Numbered from the stretch's first letter, positions 29,757-39,281 are shown. The stretch: 64,000 nucleotides of DNA from an uncultured virus (IMG/VR IMGVR_UViG_3300008108_000027) (IMGVR_UViG_3300008108_000027); one strand, 5' to 3'. A program made the numbers and translations. Notes: generated by a model not told the origin, from the sequence alone.

Positions 29757-30599
29757 TTAATAGTTCATTATTAATAATTCAGTACCTTCGTTTTGTGTAC
29801 CATCTTTTTTAGCTGCTGCCGCTTTTTTGAAATTTTTACTTTCCCATTTATATTGTGTTTGGGGGAACCATATGTGTAACAATTCAAATTCATAATAAGA
29901 TAAAGAAAATTTACCTTTTATTGTTTTTAGACTATTTGCCAATCTTTCGTGGTCGTTTCTATCAAAATCATGGTTTGAATAATAGTTCTCTGTTTTCCAA
30001 TAGGGAGGGTCCATATAAAAATATGTTGTGGGTGAATCATATTTTTTAACAACATCTTCAAAGTCCTTGTTTTCCACAAAAGTTATTTTATCAATATGTT
30101 CCCTATATTTTGGATTTTTTAGTTTGTCCATGAATATCAATACTTTACAACGATATTTTCCCTTGTAATCGGTATAAGATGATGTCTCGGGTTTAGATCC
30201 GGAAAAAACTTGGGTTAGAACATACACATATTTACATGCAATTTCAAATTTATTTTCTTCTGTTATCACCAGATCAGGACTAAAAACCTCTCTCTGATAT
30301 TCACTAAACATTTGTGAATATTCCGGTGGTGTGTCCACCACACCCAACTGTTGACAGGGGTATTTGGATAATTCTTCCCAAAGTCTATCGTATTCTTTGG
30401 TACAATTAAATAAATTGGTATTTAATCTATTAAAATCGTTATATACTACCGTTTTAAGGTTAGGGTAATCTTTTAGATCCATATTATAAAAGACCCAAAA
30501 CATACCTGAAAAACCCTCTACGTATGTTTCTATGTCTTTAGGTATAAAAGGTACTATCCATTTCCCTATTCTAGCTTTTCCTCCAATGTATGAAATCAT
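29757..30599 (-). CDS. D12-class N6-adenine DNA methyltransferase (Dam-like)
   Basis: YIGGKA, YVEGFSG, YND, FYMDPPY, ELLIMNY. Confidence 0.9.
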   Translation of the reverse strand: MISYIGGKARIGKWIVPFIPKDIETYVEGFSGMFWVFYNMDLKDYPNLKTVVYNDFNRLNTNLFNCTKEYDRLWEELSKYPCQQLGVVDTPPEYSQMFSEYQREVFSPDLVITEENKFEIACKYVYVLTQVFSGSKPETSSYTDYKGKYRCKVLIFMDKLKNPKYREHIDKITFVENKDFEDVVKKYDSPTTYFYMDPPYWKTENYYSNHDFDRNDHERLANSLKTIKGKFSLSYYEFELLHIWFPQTQYKWESKNFKKAAAAKKDGTQNEGTELLIMNY

Positions 30600-30694
30600 A
30601 TTATGTTTTTAACTTGTTTAGAATTAAAAATAGATAAAAAAAATTAAAAAACGAAATCGTTTTGAAAATTGTAGAAAAATACTTATATTATAGT

Positions 30695-30847
30695 ATGGCA
30701 TGTAACGAATGTAAAAAGAAAAAAGAAGAAAGAATAAAGAAAGAAAAGGAAATTAGATTTGTGGAAAATTGGGTAATTGTCTTTATGGTTGTTTGGACAG
30801 GACTCGCAATTTATGGTCTGGTTTCTTTAATTTCAAAACTTTTATGA
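30695..30847 (+). CDS. Small CxxC membrane peptide
   Basis: MACNECKKKK...C-terminal TM; ATG 30695 preferred over the track start. Confidence 0.6.
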   Translation: MACNECKKKKEERIKKEKEIRFVENWVIVFMVVWTGLAIYGLVSLISKLL

Positions 30848-31482
30848 AAAATGGTAAATATTTCATAGTTCTTTTTTGTAACAAAAAAAGAGTTAAAATA
30901 CTTTATCGTTGTATGAAAAGAACAACAATATATGAATACTGGAGGGAATTTAGAACTCAGAAAAAACCTCCATTTATAAAGCTACGCGGTAATAAACGAA
31001 AATTAGAATTAACTTATGAATTGGCACTAATCTTCCCAAATAATAGATGGGCAACAAAAACATATGTTAAAGATAGTTTGGGTAGAAATGTTGAGGCAAA
31101 AATTGAAAACGATAAATTTAGAATAAAAGAAATGATCCCGTATTGGGAAGAAGAATTGATTTATGATTTTCAAAAGAAAAAAAGAATAAGATATCATCAA
31201 ATGATGGATCAAATCACACCAATAAAAGATATTGCCCAGATCTTCACTTTAAACAACAAAGTATTTGTTCAGATAGAAAATGATGTTATGATGTTTGGTA
31301 ACAAAAATATATCTGATTCCGAAAGATTATTTGAAATAATAAAAGAAGATATATTAAAAAGAAAGATAGGTAATTTTATTTTTGTAAAAGATGTGTCAAC
31401 ACATCAGAGAAAATTGTTGTATAATTTATTGGAATCTAAAGGATATAAACGTAGTGAATTGTTTAGACATTATTCATATTAA
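30844..31482 (+). CDS. Hypothetical basic protein
   Basis: Likely start ATG 30844 (MKNGKYF), ATGA-coupled to the upstream ORF. Confidence 0.7.
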   Translation: MKNGKYFIVLFCNKKRVKILYRCMKRTTIYEYWREFRTQKKPPFIKLRGNKRKLELTYELALIFPNNRWATKTYVKDSLGRNVEAKIENDKFRIKEMIPYWEEELIYDFQKKKRIRYHQMMDQITPIKDIAQIFTLNNKVFVQIENDVMMFGNKNISDSERLFEIIKEDILKRKIGNFIFVKDVSTHQRKLLYNLLESKGYKRSELFRHYSY

Positions 31483-31696
31483 AAATAATATCAATCGTAC
31501 CTATACTTATTTTAAAAGTATCTTTTGGTTTATCCATTTTCTTATTATATTTTTTTTGTACTAAATCGAATATTCTTTCGAATTCTTCCTTAGATATACC
31601 AAATACTATTGTTGAAGAATCTGTGTTAGCATTAACTTTTTCAAGTAAGTCAGATATTATTGCCAATTGATTTAAAAAATCACCTTTTTTTTCCAT
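31463..31696 (-). CDS. Hypothetical protein
   Basis: 77 aa in the operon. Confidence 0.65.
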   Translation of the reverse strand: MEKKGDFLNQLAIISDLLEKVNANTDSSTIVFGISKEEFERIFDLVQKKYNKKMDKPKDTFKISIGTIDIIFNMNNV

Positions 31697-31892
31697 ATCC
31701 CAATATTCTAACTATTTTTTTAAAAAATAAATATTTTTCTTTTGGTTTAGGTTGAAACATTTTTGTTTTATCGAGATTTTTAACCTCATCAATCATCTTC
31801 TCCTTGTGTTTCGCTATCTCCATATTGTCCTTCTCTATCTCCTTCTTCAACCATTCCAATCCCTGTTGTATCCTCTTGTCCATTTTCGTCAA
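31680..31892 (-). CDS. Hypothetical protein
   Basis: About 67-70 aa, overlaps the upstream gene. Confidence 0.55.
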   Translation of the reverse strand: MTKMDKRIQQGLEWLKKEIEKDNMEIAKHKEKMIDEVKNLDKTKMFQPKPKEKYLFFKKIVRILGYGKKR

Positions 31893-32244
31893 TTAATTTA
31901 ATATCTTTTAATTTATCCAATGACTGATTTTGAAATAAAATTTTCAATTCATTAACTTTCTCTTCAAATAATTTTCTTTTTTCTTCCTCTTCTTTATTAA
32001 CTAAAATAATTTCATTGGCACATCCAATAACAATATCGTAACCTTCTTGTGTTGCAACTGAAAATATCGAAATGAGATTAAACTTATCATTCTTATCTTG
32101 TACTTTAAATTTAATTGACCTATATGGTGCAATTATATGTTCATATTTCCAAGATGTTGGTAGTTTAATATCTAAACTAACACTGTTATCAACTTCTCTT
32201 AATGAGAAAAAATAAGGTTTAAGTGATTTTATAATTTCGTACAT
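31789..32244 (-). CDS. Hypothetical protein
   Basis: 151 aa, coiled-coil and acidic tail. Confidence 0.7.
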   Translation of the reverse strand: MYEIIKSLKPYFFSLREVDNSVSLDIKLPTSWKYEHIIAPYRSIKFKVQDKNDKFNLISIFSVATQEGYDIVIGCANEIILVNKEEEEKRKLFEEKVNELKILFQNQSLDKLKDIKLIDENGQEDTTGIGMVEEGDREGQYGDSETQGEDD

Positions 32245-32250
32245 ATGTTC

Positions 32251-32457
32251 TTAAATAAAGAAATAAGTTATAATATAGGAAATGGCAAAATATAAAAAAA
32301 TTTGATTATTTTTTGATATCACCAAAACAGAAGGATTCTCTTCAAATAATTTAAAGATAAATTCTATAACAAATCTTGATGTATATATTATACTCAAAAT
32401 GAATAAAAATATTTTAATTTCCGACATCATCTTTTTTATGTTTTTTAATTTCTTCAA
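32251..32457 (-). CDS. Small membrane protein
   Basis: Two hydrophobic segments; the start may lie near 32427-32430. Confidence 0.55.
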   Translation of the reverse strand: MKKLKNIKKMMSEIKIFLFILSIIYTSRFVIEFIFKLFEENPSVLVISKNNQIFLYFAISYIITYFFI

Positions 32458-32611
32458 GTATTTCTTTTCTAAATACTTTTGTTAAATCTTTTATTTCTTG
32501 TGCATATTTTCTGGCTCTTATTGACGCACTATGATTTCCTTTTAAAAATACCTTGTTTGTATCAACAGACATTTTCTCAACTAAATCTTTTATGGCTTTT
32601 AATGTTTCCAT
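32414..32611 (-). CDS. Histone H1-like (Hc1 family) nucleoid protein
   Basis: D..K...KGNHSASIRARK...EIK......RKEI, matching the Hc1 GNK.A..RARK pattern. Confidence 0.75.
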   Translation of the reverse strand: METLKAIKDLVEKMSVDTNKVFLKGNHSASIRARKYAQEIKDLTKVFRKEILEEIKKHKKDDVGN

Positions 32612-32648
32612 AATATCCTGTTTTTAATATCAATATAAGGAAAAAAAT

Positions 32649-33110
32649 TCATTTTTTCAAGTTTTGATCTAACAATCTATATATTTCTGTGACAACATCT
32701 AATTCGGATTTATTTTTTATAAAATCCATATCAAAAAGTTTGTCAAAATATTCGTCAATTTTAATCTTTTTATTTTCTATTTTATTAAAATAAAATGCCT
32801 CTAAAAAAAAATTCCAGAAATACTCGTGACAGTTACTTCTATTTTTAAAATATATTTTTTCCTTGTTGAAGTTCTCTACAATTTTATCCCAACACCAGTT
32901 AAAGTGACCTTTAATATCTTCAGTTGTGGAAAGTACATCGGAACCTAAATAAGTATTTTCAATTATCTCATATAATGAGATAAGAAAGTCGTGAAAAAGT
33001 TCCATTTTCTCACGACTTATATTGTAGGCCCTATACCAAATTTCTATTTGATATCTGTAGTTATCTAACGGATTGAATCCATCAATAATTTCTTTTTTAT
33101 TCATAATCAC
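32649..33110 (-). CDS. Hypothetical protein
   Basis: 153 aa ORF. Confidence 0.7.
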   Translation of the reverse strand: MIMNKKEIIDGFNPLDNYRYQIEIWYRAYNISREKMELFHDFLISLYEIIENTYLGSDVLSTTEDIKGHFNWCWDKIVENFNKEKIYFKNRSNCHEYFWNFFLEAFYFNKIENKKIKIDEYFDKLFDMDFIKNKSELDVVTEIYRLLDQNLKK

Positions 33111-33131
33111 TATATGTTACAATATAGTGAT
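33106..33131. repeat. Perfect 10-bp inverted repeat
   Basis: ATCACTATAT-GTTACA-ATATAGTGAT, overlapping the gene start. Confidence 0.55.
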
Positions 33132-33152
33132 AAATAAAAATAAAAAAAAGAA

Positions 33153-34607
33153 TTACTGTGTTTTTTTATTGTAGGAATATAATTTATTTATTTTTTTAAG
33201 TTCTTCTTCAAGTACGTTAGATAATTTATTAGTTGATTCTTTAACAAAATGAACATCTGCAGGATTTTCCCAACTGTGTCCCCAACTAACATCTTTTTTC
33301 TTTTTAATACTTTCTTTTTTTCTTTTTGTCTTATCTACAATTTTACTTCCTGTTTTATCTTTTACGACGTTTCCGGCATCAGATGAATTACCCATTGTAC
33401 TATCACCTTCTAAAGCCTTTTTAACTCTATCTTTAAAACCTTCTGTTGGTTCATAATCAAAAGTTAAATCGCTAGCGGTTTCTCCTCTTTTATCTTCTAT
33501 CTTTTTTTCATCTTCTGATGTGTTTCTAAAAGCCATTTTATCTCCTTTACCTATTGGTTTTGGAAATTCAGGATTATCGTTTCCATCAAAACTTAAATAT
33601 TTTTTCAATTTAGTTGAAAGTTCTTTAGCATAATCTTCATTTTCTTTTTTAGATCCTGATTGAGCTTTTTTAGTTACAGTGACACCAGGAATGCCGGGAA
33701 TACCAGGTTGACCTTTAGCCGCTTCTGTTACCATATTACTAATTAAAGAAACTAATTCAGATTCTTTTAAACGTAATTTTTTCTTTGTGGATTCTTTCAT
33801 TGAACCACATTCGTTACATTGACCTTCTTCATTTAATTCACCGATACCACATTCAGAACAAGTTGTTTTTTCACCATCTTCCGCAATATAATCTAAAGAT
33901 TTCGCCATATCGGGTTCATAATCACGTAAACTATCATTGAATCTATCTCCAACTTTTTTACTTATGTCACGTATTTTAGAAAATAATGATATTTTTCCTT
34001 TTTTACTTTGGATATCACTAAGATCTTTATCTAGTTCTGATGTATTTTCGTCTTCGAAACCATCCATGGCTAGATCTATTTCAGATAAGTCAGTATCGTT
34101 AGGTAAATTACCGTCTTCGGGATTTTCATCAGTTTCATTATCCAAATCCTCTTCCATGTTACATTCTTCACAAGTTTCTTCTTCTTCCATTTTTTTCCAC
34201 ATTTCCTCAACGTCGTACACTTCTTCGTTTATTTTTAATTTACTTTTGTTTTGTGTTTTAGCCAATAAAATAGCCTCAGCTAAACTTTTTACTTTTGGTT
34301 TACTTTTCATATCTTGATTTTCTTTTTCTTGTAATTCTTCACCCATTTTATCCAATTCATCTAACATATGATCATATGAATCATATTCACCTGGTTCAAT
34401 AATAAATTGTTTACCTGGGTGTTCTTTTTTTAATTTATCAACAATTTCATTCGCTTCTTCTTCACTTCCACAAACTTGTACGGGTTCACCCTCACAGGTT
34501 ATTTCATAAACCTCATGTTTTCCTTCTTTAGATTCATTAATTATTCTTTTTTTAACCTCGTTAAATAAAGAACTTTCAATAAGATTATTTAAATCAATTG
34601 GTTTCAT
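33153..34607 (-). CDS. Acidic protein with CxEC motifs (possible head/scaffold-associated protein)
   Basis: Likely ATG 34607 after TATTTAT 34613-34619; CEEC, CSECG, CNECG; LRLKESELVSLI. Confidence 0.65.
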   Translation of the reverse strand: MKPIDLNNLIESSLFNEVKKRIINESKEGKHEVYEITCEGEPVQVCGSEEEANEIVDKLKKEHPGKQFIIEPGEYDSYDHMLDELDKMGEELQEKENQDMKSKPKVKSLAEAILLAKTQNKSKLKINEEVYDVEEMWKKMEEEETCEECNMEEDLDNETDENPEDGNLPNDTDLSEIDLAMDGFEDENTSELDKDLSDIQSKKGKISLFSKIRDISKKVGDRFNDSLRDYEPDMAKSLDYIAEDGEKTTCSECGIGELNEEGQCNECGSMKESTKKKLRLKESELVSLISNMVTEAAKGQPGIPGIPGVTVTKKAQSGSKKENEDYAKELSTKLKKYLSFDGNDNPEFPKPIGKGDKMAFRNTSEDEKKIEDKRGETASDLTFDYEPTEGFKDRVKKALEGDSTMGNSSDAGNVVKDKTGSKIVDKTKRKKESIKKKKDVSWGHSWENPADVHFVKESTNKLSNVLEEELKKINKLYSYNKKTQ

Positions 34608-34608
34608 A

Positions 34609-35298
34609 TCAAATAAATATCTTCTTAATCTCATTTAATACGATATTTTCCAATTCTTTCACTGGTATACCGTGTTTTTTAGATACATCATCTATTGATT
34701 CCCTCAAAACCTCCAATGCATTTATGTCACCCTGATTACAATATGGGAATTTTTTACATTTATCCTTTATTTTTATAAAGATTCCACCTGGTCCACCCCA
34801 CTTTGGGAAGTTTTTATCTTTAACCGCCCTACTTTTACCTATTGTTTCGGGTCCACCGATACTTAAAGGATTCTTTCTACCCTTGGTGGTTTTACCAAAT
34901 AATGGAACATCAAAAGCTGCCCCTGCTGATACAGAAGAGTCCAATGCTTCTGTAAATTCACCTTTTTTACCGTATTCTTTTGAATTTGGTATTGTACTTA
35001 TTTTTCTTTTGATTATAGGTGAACTTAGACCTGCCTCAAATGAACCAGACGCGTCGGCGCCCATCATTTCTTTTGTTTCGATCTTTTTTAATTTAGTGTA
35101 ATATTTCGGATCTTCAGATAAATGATCCATAGCAATCTCTCTGGCCATTAATAAATCTTTAGTGTGTTCTTTTTCAACTTTTTGACCTTTTTTTAACTGA
35201 TCTTTTAAGTATTCTATGGATACCTTATGTTTTTTAGATATATCAGTCAAAGACATTTTATCTGACAACCCACCTTTTAATTTATTAGTTTTTTTCAT
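34609..35298 (-). CDS. DUF5661-like domain protein
   Basis: KGQKVEKEHT...AREIAMDHLSEDPKYYTKL. Confidence 0.75.
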   Translation of the reverse strand: MKKTNKLKGGLSDKMSLTDISKKHKVSIEYLKDQLKKGQKVEKEHTKDLLMAREIAMDHLSEDPKYYTKLKKIETKEMMGADASGSFEAGLSSPIIKRKISTIPNSKEYGKKGEFTEALDSSVSAGAAFDVPLFGKTTKGRKNPLSIGGPETIGKSRAVKDKNFPKWGGPGGIFIKIKDKCKKFPYCNQGDINALEVLRESIDDVSKKHGIPVKELENIVLNEIKKIFI

Positions 35299-35299
35299 A

Positions 35300-35539
35300 T
35301 TATCTAACAGATTTTAAAGAACTTTCCCAAAACGACTTTCTCTGCCATAAGGTTTTAAATAACTCAACAACTACTTTAGTTGAGAGGTCTACGATTTTAT
35401 CATCAATGTTTTTAGTTCCTAACTCTTTTTGTATTATTTTTATAACGATATTATGTGCATTTGTCGAATCTAAAAAATCTTTCATCTCCTTTTGTGCAAT
35501 TTTCTGTATTTCTTTCTTATCGTCATTAGTGAGAGCCAT
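35300..35539 (-). CDS. Hypothetical protein
   Basis: 79 aa in the operon. Confidence 0.7.
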   Translation of the reverse strand: MALTNDDKKEIQKIAQKEMKDFLDSTNAHNIVIKIIQKELGTKNIDDKIVDLSTKVVVELFKTLWQRKSFWESSLKSVR

Positions 35540-35540
35540 C

Positions 35541-36062
35541 TTAATTATTTTTTCTTTTTCTAATTATTTCATTCATTGTGGTTGAAAATGTCTCATTAAA
35601 CTTTTCCAACTTTGTTATGATTTCTATCACATCTGTCTCAACTTTTAACATATCTGCATTCAAATAAAGTCCATTTTCATCACCCGCAATAAATACAAAA
35701 TCAATATCTTGATCCGTTACCGTACCATCCAATCTTATTTGTTCTTGTGTAATTGTTAAACCCGGATCAAATTCAACTAAATTTGAAACTTGTGATTTAA
35801 AATTATCAATTAATCCCGATATTGAGGTCTTATCTTCTTCAGAAATTTTCATATCAATTTCATCAGAAGAAACTATTTTAACGTCAACATCATTTATAAC
35901 TGTTATATCATCCTGAGTATCGGTATTATTATCTACGGTAGGTATTTCTTGTTCATCTTCTCTTAAAATGTTACCATAAATTTTATTACTTTCATTGATT
36001 CTCCTCAATGTGTTTAACATTTTCTTTGTCTGATCATAATTTGACATTTGTTTGTTCTGCAT
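35541..36062 (-). CDS. Hypothetical acidic protein
   Basis: 173 aa in the operon. Confidence 0.7.
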   Translation of the reverse strand: MQNKQMSNYDQTKKMLNTLRRINESNKIYGNILREDEQEIPTVDNNTDTQDDITVINDVDVKIVSSDEIDMKISEEDKTSISGLIDNFKSQVSNLVEFDPGLTITQEQIRLDGTVTDQDIDFVFIAGDENGLYLNADMLKVETDVIEIITKLEKFNETFSTTMNEIIRKRKNN

Positions 36063-36657
36063 TTTTAAAAAATATATTAAAGTTAAATGAAGGGTTTATA
36101 TCTGTATAAATATCTGAAAAATTCGATTTACATGTTATCCCCCTAAAATTTCGAGCATTATTAAAAAATCCTTGTGAGGGTACTATTTGTTTATTTATAC
36201 CGTGATTATCACATAGTTTTTCACATAATTCGGAAAGGACAGATAATTGATCGTCGTTATATTTGTCCCAAAAATAGTGGTTTCTCCAATTTTTAACGAA
36301 CGGTTCAGATCTATATGGGTCTCCGATCCAATTATTTAAAAACCCATTTATTGTATTTTTATTTAACCACCCAAGATTTTCAATTGCTATTTTTATTATT
36401 TTTTTATCTAATTTATCGTCTTTAAATGTTCTTGAACTATAATTTGTGTCAAAAATTTGATATACCATACCTAATTTAGAGACAACAAAATGGGGCACAT
36501 CTTCATATGCCCCATTTTTACGATATCTTATTTTATTTATGAAATCATCTACTCTTCTTTTGGTATCATAAAGTAGAATTTGACTTTTTTTCGTTTTTTT
36601 TCTAATTATATTAATTTTCGAATTATCTAAATTTTCTACGTTGTGAATTATTAACAT
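36034..36657 (-). CDS. N-acetylmuramoyl-L-alanine amidase (Amidase_2)-fold protein with degenerate zinc ligands
   Basis: PHFVVSKLGMVYQIF, IAIENLGWL, YNDDQL..L..L, TDINP; the expected His ligands are replaced (ILLYDT, GITCKS). Confidence 0.7.
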   Translation of the reverse strand: MLIIHNVENLDNSKINIIRKKTKKSQILLYDTKRRVDDFINKIRYRKNGAYEDVPHFVVSKLGMVYQIFDTNYSSRTFKDDKLDKKIIKIAIENLGWLNKNTINGFLNNWIGDPYRSEPFVKNWRNHYFWDKYNDDQLSVLSELCEKLCDNHGINKQIVPSQGFFNNARNFRGITCKSNFSDIYTDINPSFNFNIFFKNAEQTNVKL

Positions 36658-37078
36658 TTCTTAACACTTTTTTTACTGTACCTCCGTTATTGTTTGGATC
36701 TTCTCCATTTTTATTTGGTCCATAACTATAATAATATGGTATATGTGTGCCCTCGTTAGTAAATTTCATATCATCAATCTTATTGTCAATAGGATTTGAA
36801 TCGTTTTCTTTAATTTCAGATTGAGTAATGTCTTCTTGAATTAAGTTTTCCGTATTTTTTTCTTCTTGGATTTCCTCAACTTTATTTTCAGATAAGGTTT
36901 CTTTAACTTCTTCTTGGATTTCTTCGATTTTAGGATCAATTTCTTTTTCGTTATTTAAATTATCGTTTGTTTCATCCTGAATTTGATTATTGATAATTTC
37001 TTCTTCAATAATTTGATCTTTTTTTTCTATCGTTTCATTATTTTCTAACTTTGTTGAATTCTCTATTTGGTTTTCTAA
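36623..37078 (-). CDS. -1 frame C-terminal extension of the upstream membrane protein (151 aa)
   Basis: Open frame LENQIENSTK...VLRNVNNSQRRKFR* starting at the A10 run; same acidic composition; no start codon near its 5' end. Confidence 0.7.
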   Translation of the reverse strand, partial: LENQIENSTKLENNETIEKKDQIIEEEIINNQIQDETNDNLNNEKEIDPKIEEIQEEVKETLSENKVEEIQEEKNTENLIQEDITQSEIKENDSNPIDNKIDDMKFTNEGTHIPYYYSYGPNKNGEDPNNNGGTVKKVLRNVNNSQRRKFR

Positions 37079-38163
37079 TTTTTTTTTTCTTCCTCTTCTT
37101 CTATTAATTTAGACTGTGGTATATTTTCATTTTGAACTTGTTCTTCAATTTTTTGTTCTTCTCTATCTATAAAATTATTTTCATTTGATTCAGATTCTAT
37201 TTCTTCTACTTGATCAATATTTTTATTTTCTTGGAAAATATTTTCCTCTTTTGATTCTATAGTGGAAAATTCTTCACTTTCAGAACGTTCAGTGGGCTCT
37301 ATAGTGGAATAATTTTGTTCTTCTTTTTTTGTGCTTTGATGAATTAAATCACCATCACTAATATCTTCACGTTCATGTTCGTGCACATATTCATTATTTG
37401 AGTTATTTTTTATTTCATTTTTTAATGAATCACCTTCACTTTCATCTTTTGAATTCTTTATTCTTTTTTTATCATTTACAATTTCATTGTCTGTTTTTTC
37501 AGTTTTTTTATTGTCGCCATCAGAATTATTTATTTTATTTTCTTTACTTTTTTTTGTTATAAATTCTTCAATTTTTTGTAGTTCTTCTTCTGTTGGTGTG
37601 TATTTTTCACTTAATTCCTTTTCCGCTTCGATAATAGCCGCCTCCCTACTTATTTTTTCTATATCAACAACAGGTTCAAGTGTCTGTGTTTTTTTTCTAT
37701 CTTCTTCAGTAAATTTAACTAACATATGAAGAAACGATAACGAAATGATGGGAAGCATACCTCCAGCAAAAAACGCCAAAAATCTTTTATGACCAACTAG
37801 ATCGGTGTTATCTACACCCATAAACTCAACCATTGGGGAGACGAGTTCTATCCAATCTTTAAAAGATTTACTATCTATATCAATAAAGGAATAGGCAAAA
37901 TAAATATTACCAATAAATTGTACTAATGTAACTAACCCGAATGGGAAATATACTTTTTTACCCATATCAGCAGAAATGGCTGCAAGTGTAGATAACGCAG
38001 CAATTTCAATACCTATTGAAAGATATATTGCCCAACTAACCGGATTAGATATTCCGTACCATTTAGTTACGTGTGAAATTGAAACTAACGCAACTGTGAA
38101 AATTGGTACCAAAAAGGCACCAATGATCAAAAGTTTATAATTTTTACTTATCCAATTCTTCAT
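37075..38163 (-). CDS. Multi-TM membrane protein with a long acidic disordered tail
   Basis: About four hydrophobic helices in the first 150 aa, then E/N/K-rich; ends GAA AAA AAA AAT TAG. Confidence 0.8.
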   Translation of the reverse strand: MKNWISKNYKLLIIGAFLVPIFTVALVSISHVTKWYGISNPVSWAIYLSIGIEIAALSTLAAISADMGKKVYFPFGLVTLVQFIGNIYFAYSFIDIDSKSFKDWIELVSPMVEFMGVDNTDLVGHKRFLAFFAGGMLPIISLSFLHMLVKFTEEDRKKTQTLEPVVDIEKISREAAIIEAEKELSEKYTPTEEELQKIEEFITKKSKENKINNSDGDNKKTEKTDNEIVNDKKRIKNSKDESEGDSLKNEIKNNSNNEYVHEHEREDISDGDLIHQSTKKEEQNYSTIEPTERSESEEFSTIESKEENIFQENKNIDQVEEIESESNENNFIDREEQKIEEQVQNENIPQSKLIEEEEEKKN

Positions 38164-38167
38164 AATA

Positions 38168-38455
38168 TTATTTTAATTTACCTTCAAGAGTTGTGATTTC
38201 CTGATCAATTTGTGTTTGTCTATTAACGTCCAAAATTTTACGATCAGTTGATTGTATCATTCTCTTTTCAGATTTAAGACCTTCGATTTGTAATCTTAAA
38301 TCCAACTCCTTTTTATTGTAAGTAGAATCTTTTAGTTCTTTCATTTCTTTTCTGATTTTACTAATCTCTCTACTATCACCACAACTTTTAAAGAATGATA
38401 ATAACATAATCACAAATACAATAATTGTAAATTTTTCTTCGATAAACTTTTTCAT
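38168..38455 (-). CDS. Membrane-anchored coiled-coil protein (spanin-like)
   Basis: TM followed by KSCG, then a coiled coil; TATTTAT at 38468-38474. Confidence 0.55.
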   Translation of the reverse strand: MKKFIEEKFTIIVFVIMLLSFFKSCGDSREISKIRKEMKELKDSTYNKKELDLRLQIEGLKSEKRMIQSTDRKILDVNRQTQIDQEITTLEGKLK

Positions 38456-38465
38456 ATTTTTTTAT

Positions 38466-39281
38466 TTATAAATAGTTAAATAGAGAATAACTCTCATTTC
38501 TTAATTTTTTTATTGCTTTATCTCTTAGTTGTCTTATTCTTTCTTTTGTACATCCGAATTGTTCTCCCAAGTCATCCAAATTAGATTCGACACCGGTTAA
38601 ACCATAATATCTTTCGATTATTGTTTTTTCTCTATCATCTAAAACACTTAACATCAATGAAACCTTTTTTTTGATTTCTTCTTTTGTGTTTAAAGAATTT
38701 TCAGGATTATCGGCATTTTTATTTGGTACAATATCAATTATTTGGTCGCCGTCTTCATTTATCTCACTGTTCAAACTAATACAATAAGGTATACTAACAT
38801 CAATAAAGTTATCGTTATTTTTGACCAAAAACATATCTTCGTCGTGTTCTACGTTTTTTTTCTGTTTCTGTGTTTCTTGAATAACATTTGATGGAATACG
38901 TATAGTTCTTGAATTTTCATTTAACGACGCTAAAATAGATTGTTTAACCCACCAAACAGCATAAGATATGAATTTAAATCCACTTGTTGGGTCGAACCTT
39001 TCTGCTGCTTTTATTAAACCTATATTACCTTCTGAAATTAAATCAAGTAATTCCAATCCTTGATTTTGATACATTTTAGCAACGGAAATAACAAATCTAA
39101 GATTACCTACAACCAACTCATTTAATAATTTTCCTCTTTCGTTTTTAGATAAGTTTTTGTCTTTTAAAGTTTCGAAGATTTCTTCTTGTCTTTCATGACT
39201 GATTACAGGAATCTTTTTAAGGTCTTTAATGTAGGATTGTAATTCTTCCGTGTTCGGTGCAATCGACTTTTTTAGTTGCAT
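38466..39281 (-). CDS. RNA polymerase sigma-70 family factor (RpoD/RpoS-like)
   Basis: NLRFVISVAK, DLISEGNIGLIKAAERFDP..GFKFISYAVWW, RTIRIP, TKERIRQL. Confidence 0.95.
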   Translation of the reverse strand: MQLKKSIAPNTEELQSYIKDLKKIPVISHERQEEIFETLKDKNLSKNERGKLLNELVVGNLRFVISVAKMYQNQGLELLDLISEGNIGLIKAAERFDPTSGFKFISYAVWWVKQSILASLNENSRTIRIPSNVIQETQKQKKNVEHDEDMFLVKNNDNFIDVSIPYCISLNSEINEDGDQIIDIVPNKNADNPENSLNTKEEIKKKVSLMLSVLDDREKTIIERYYGLTGVESNLDDLGEQFGCTKERIRQLRDKAIKKLRNESYSLFNYL

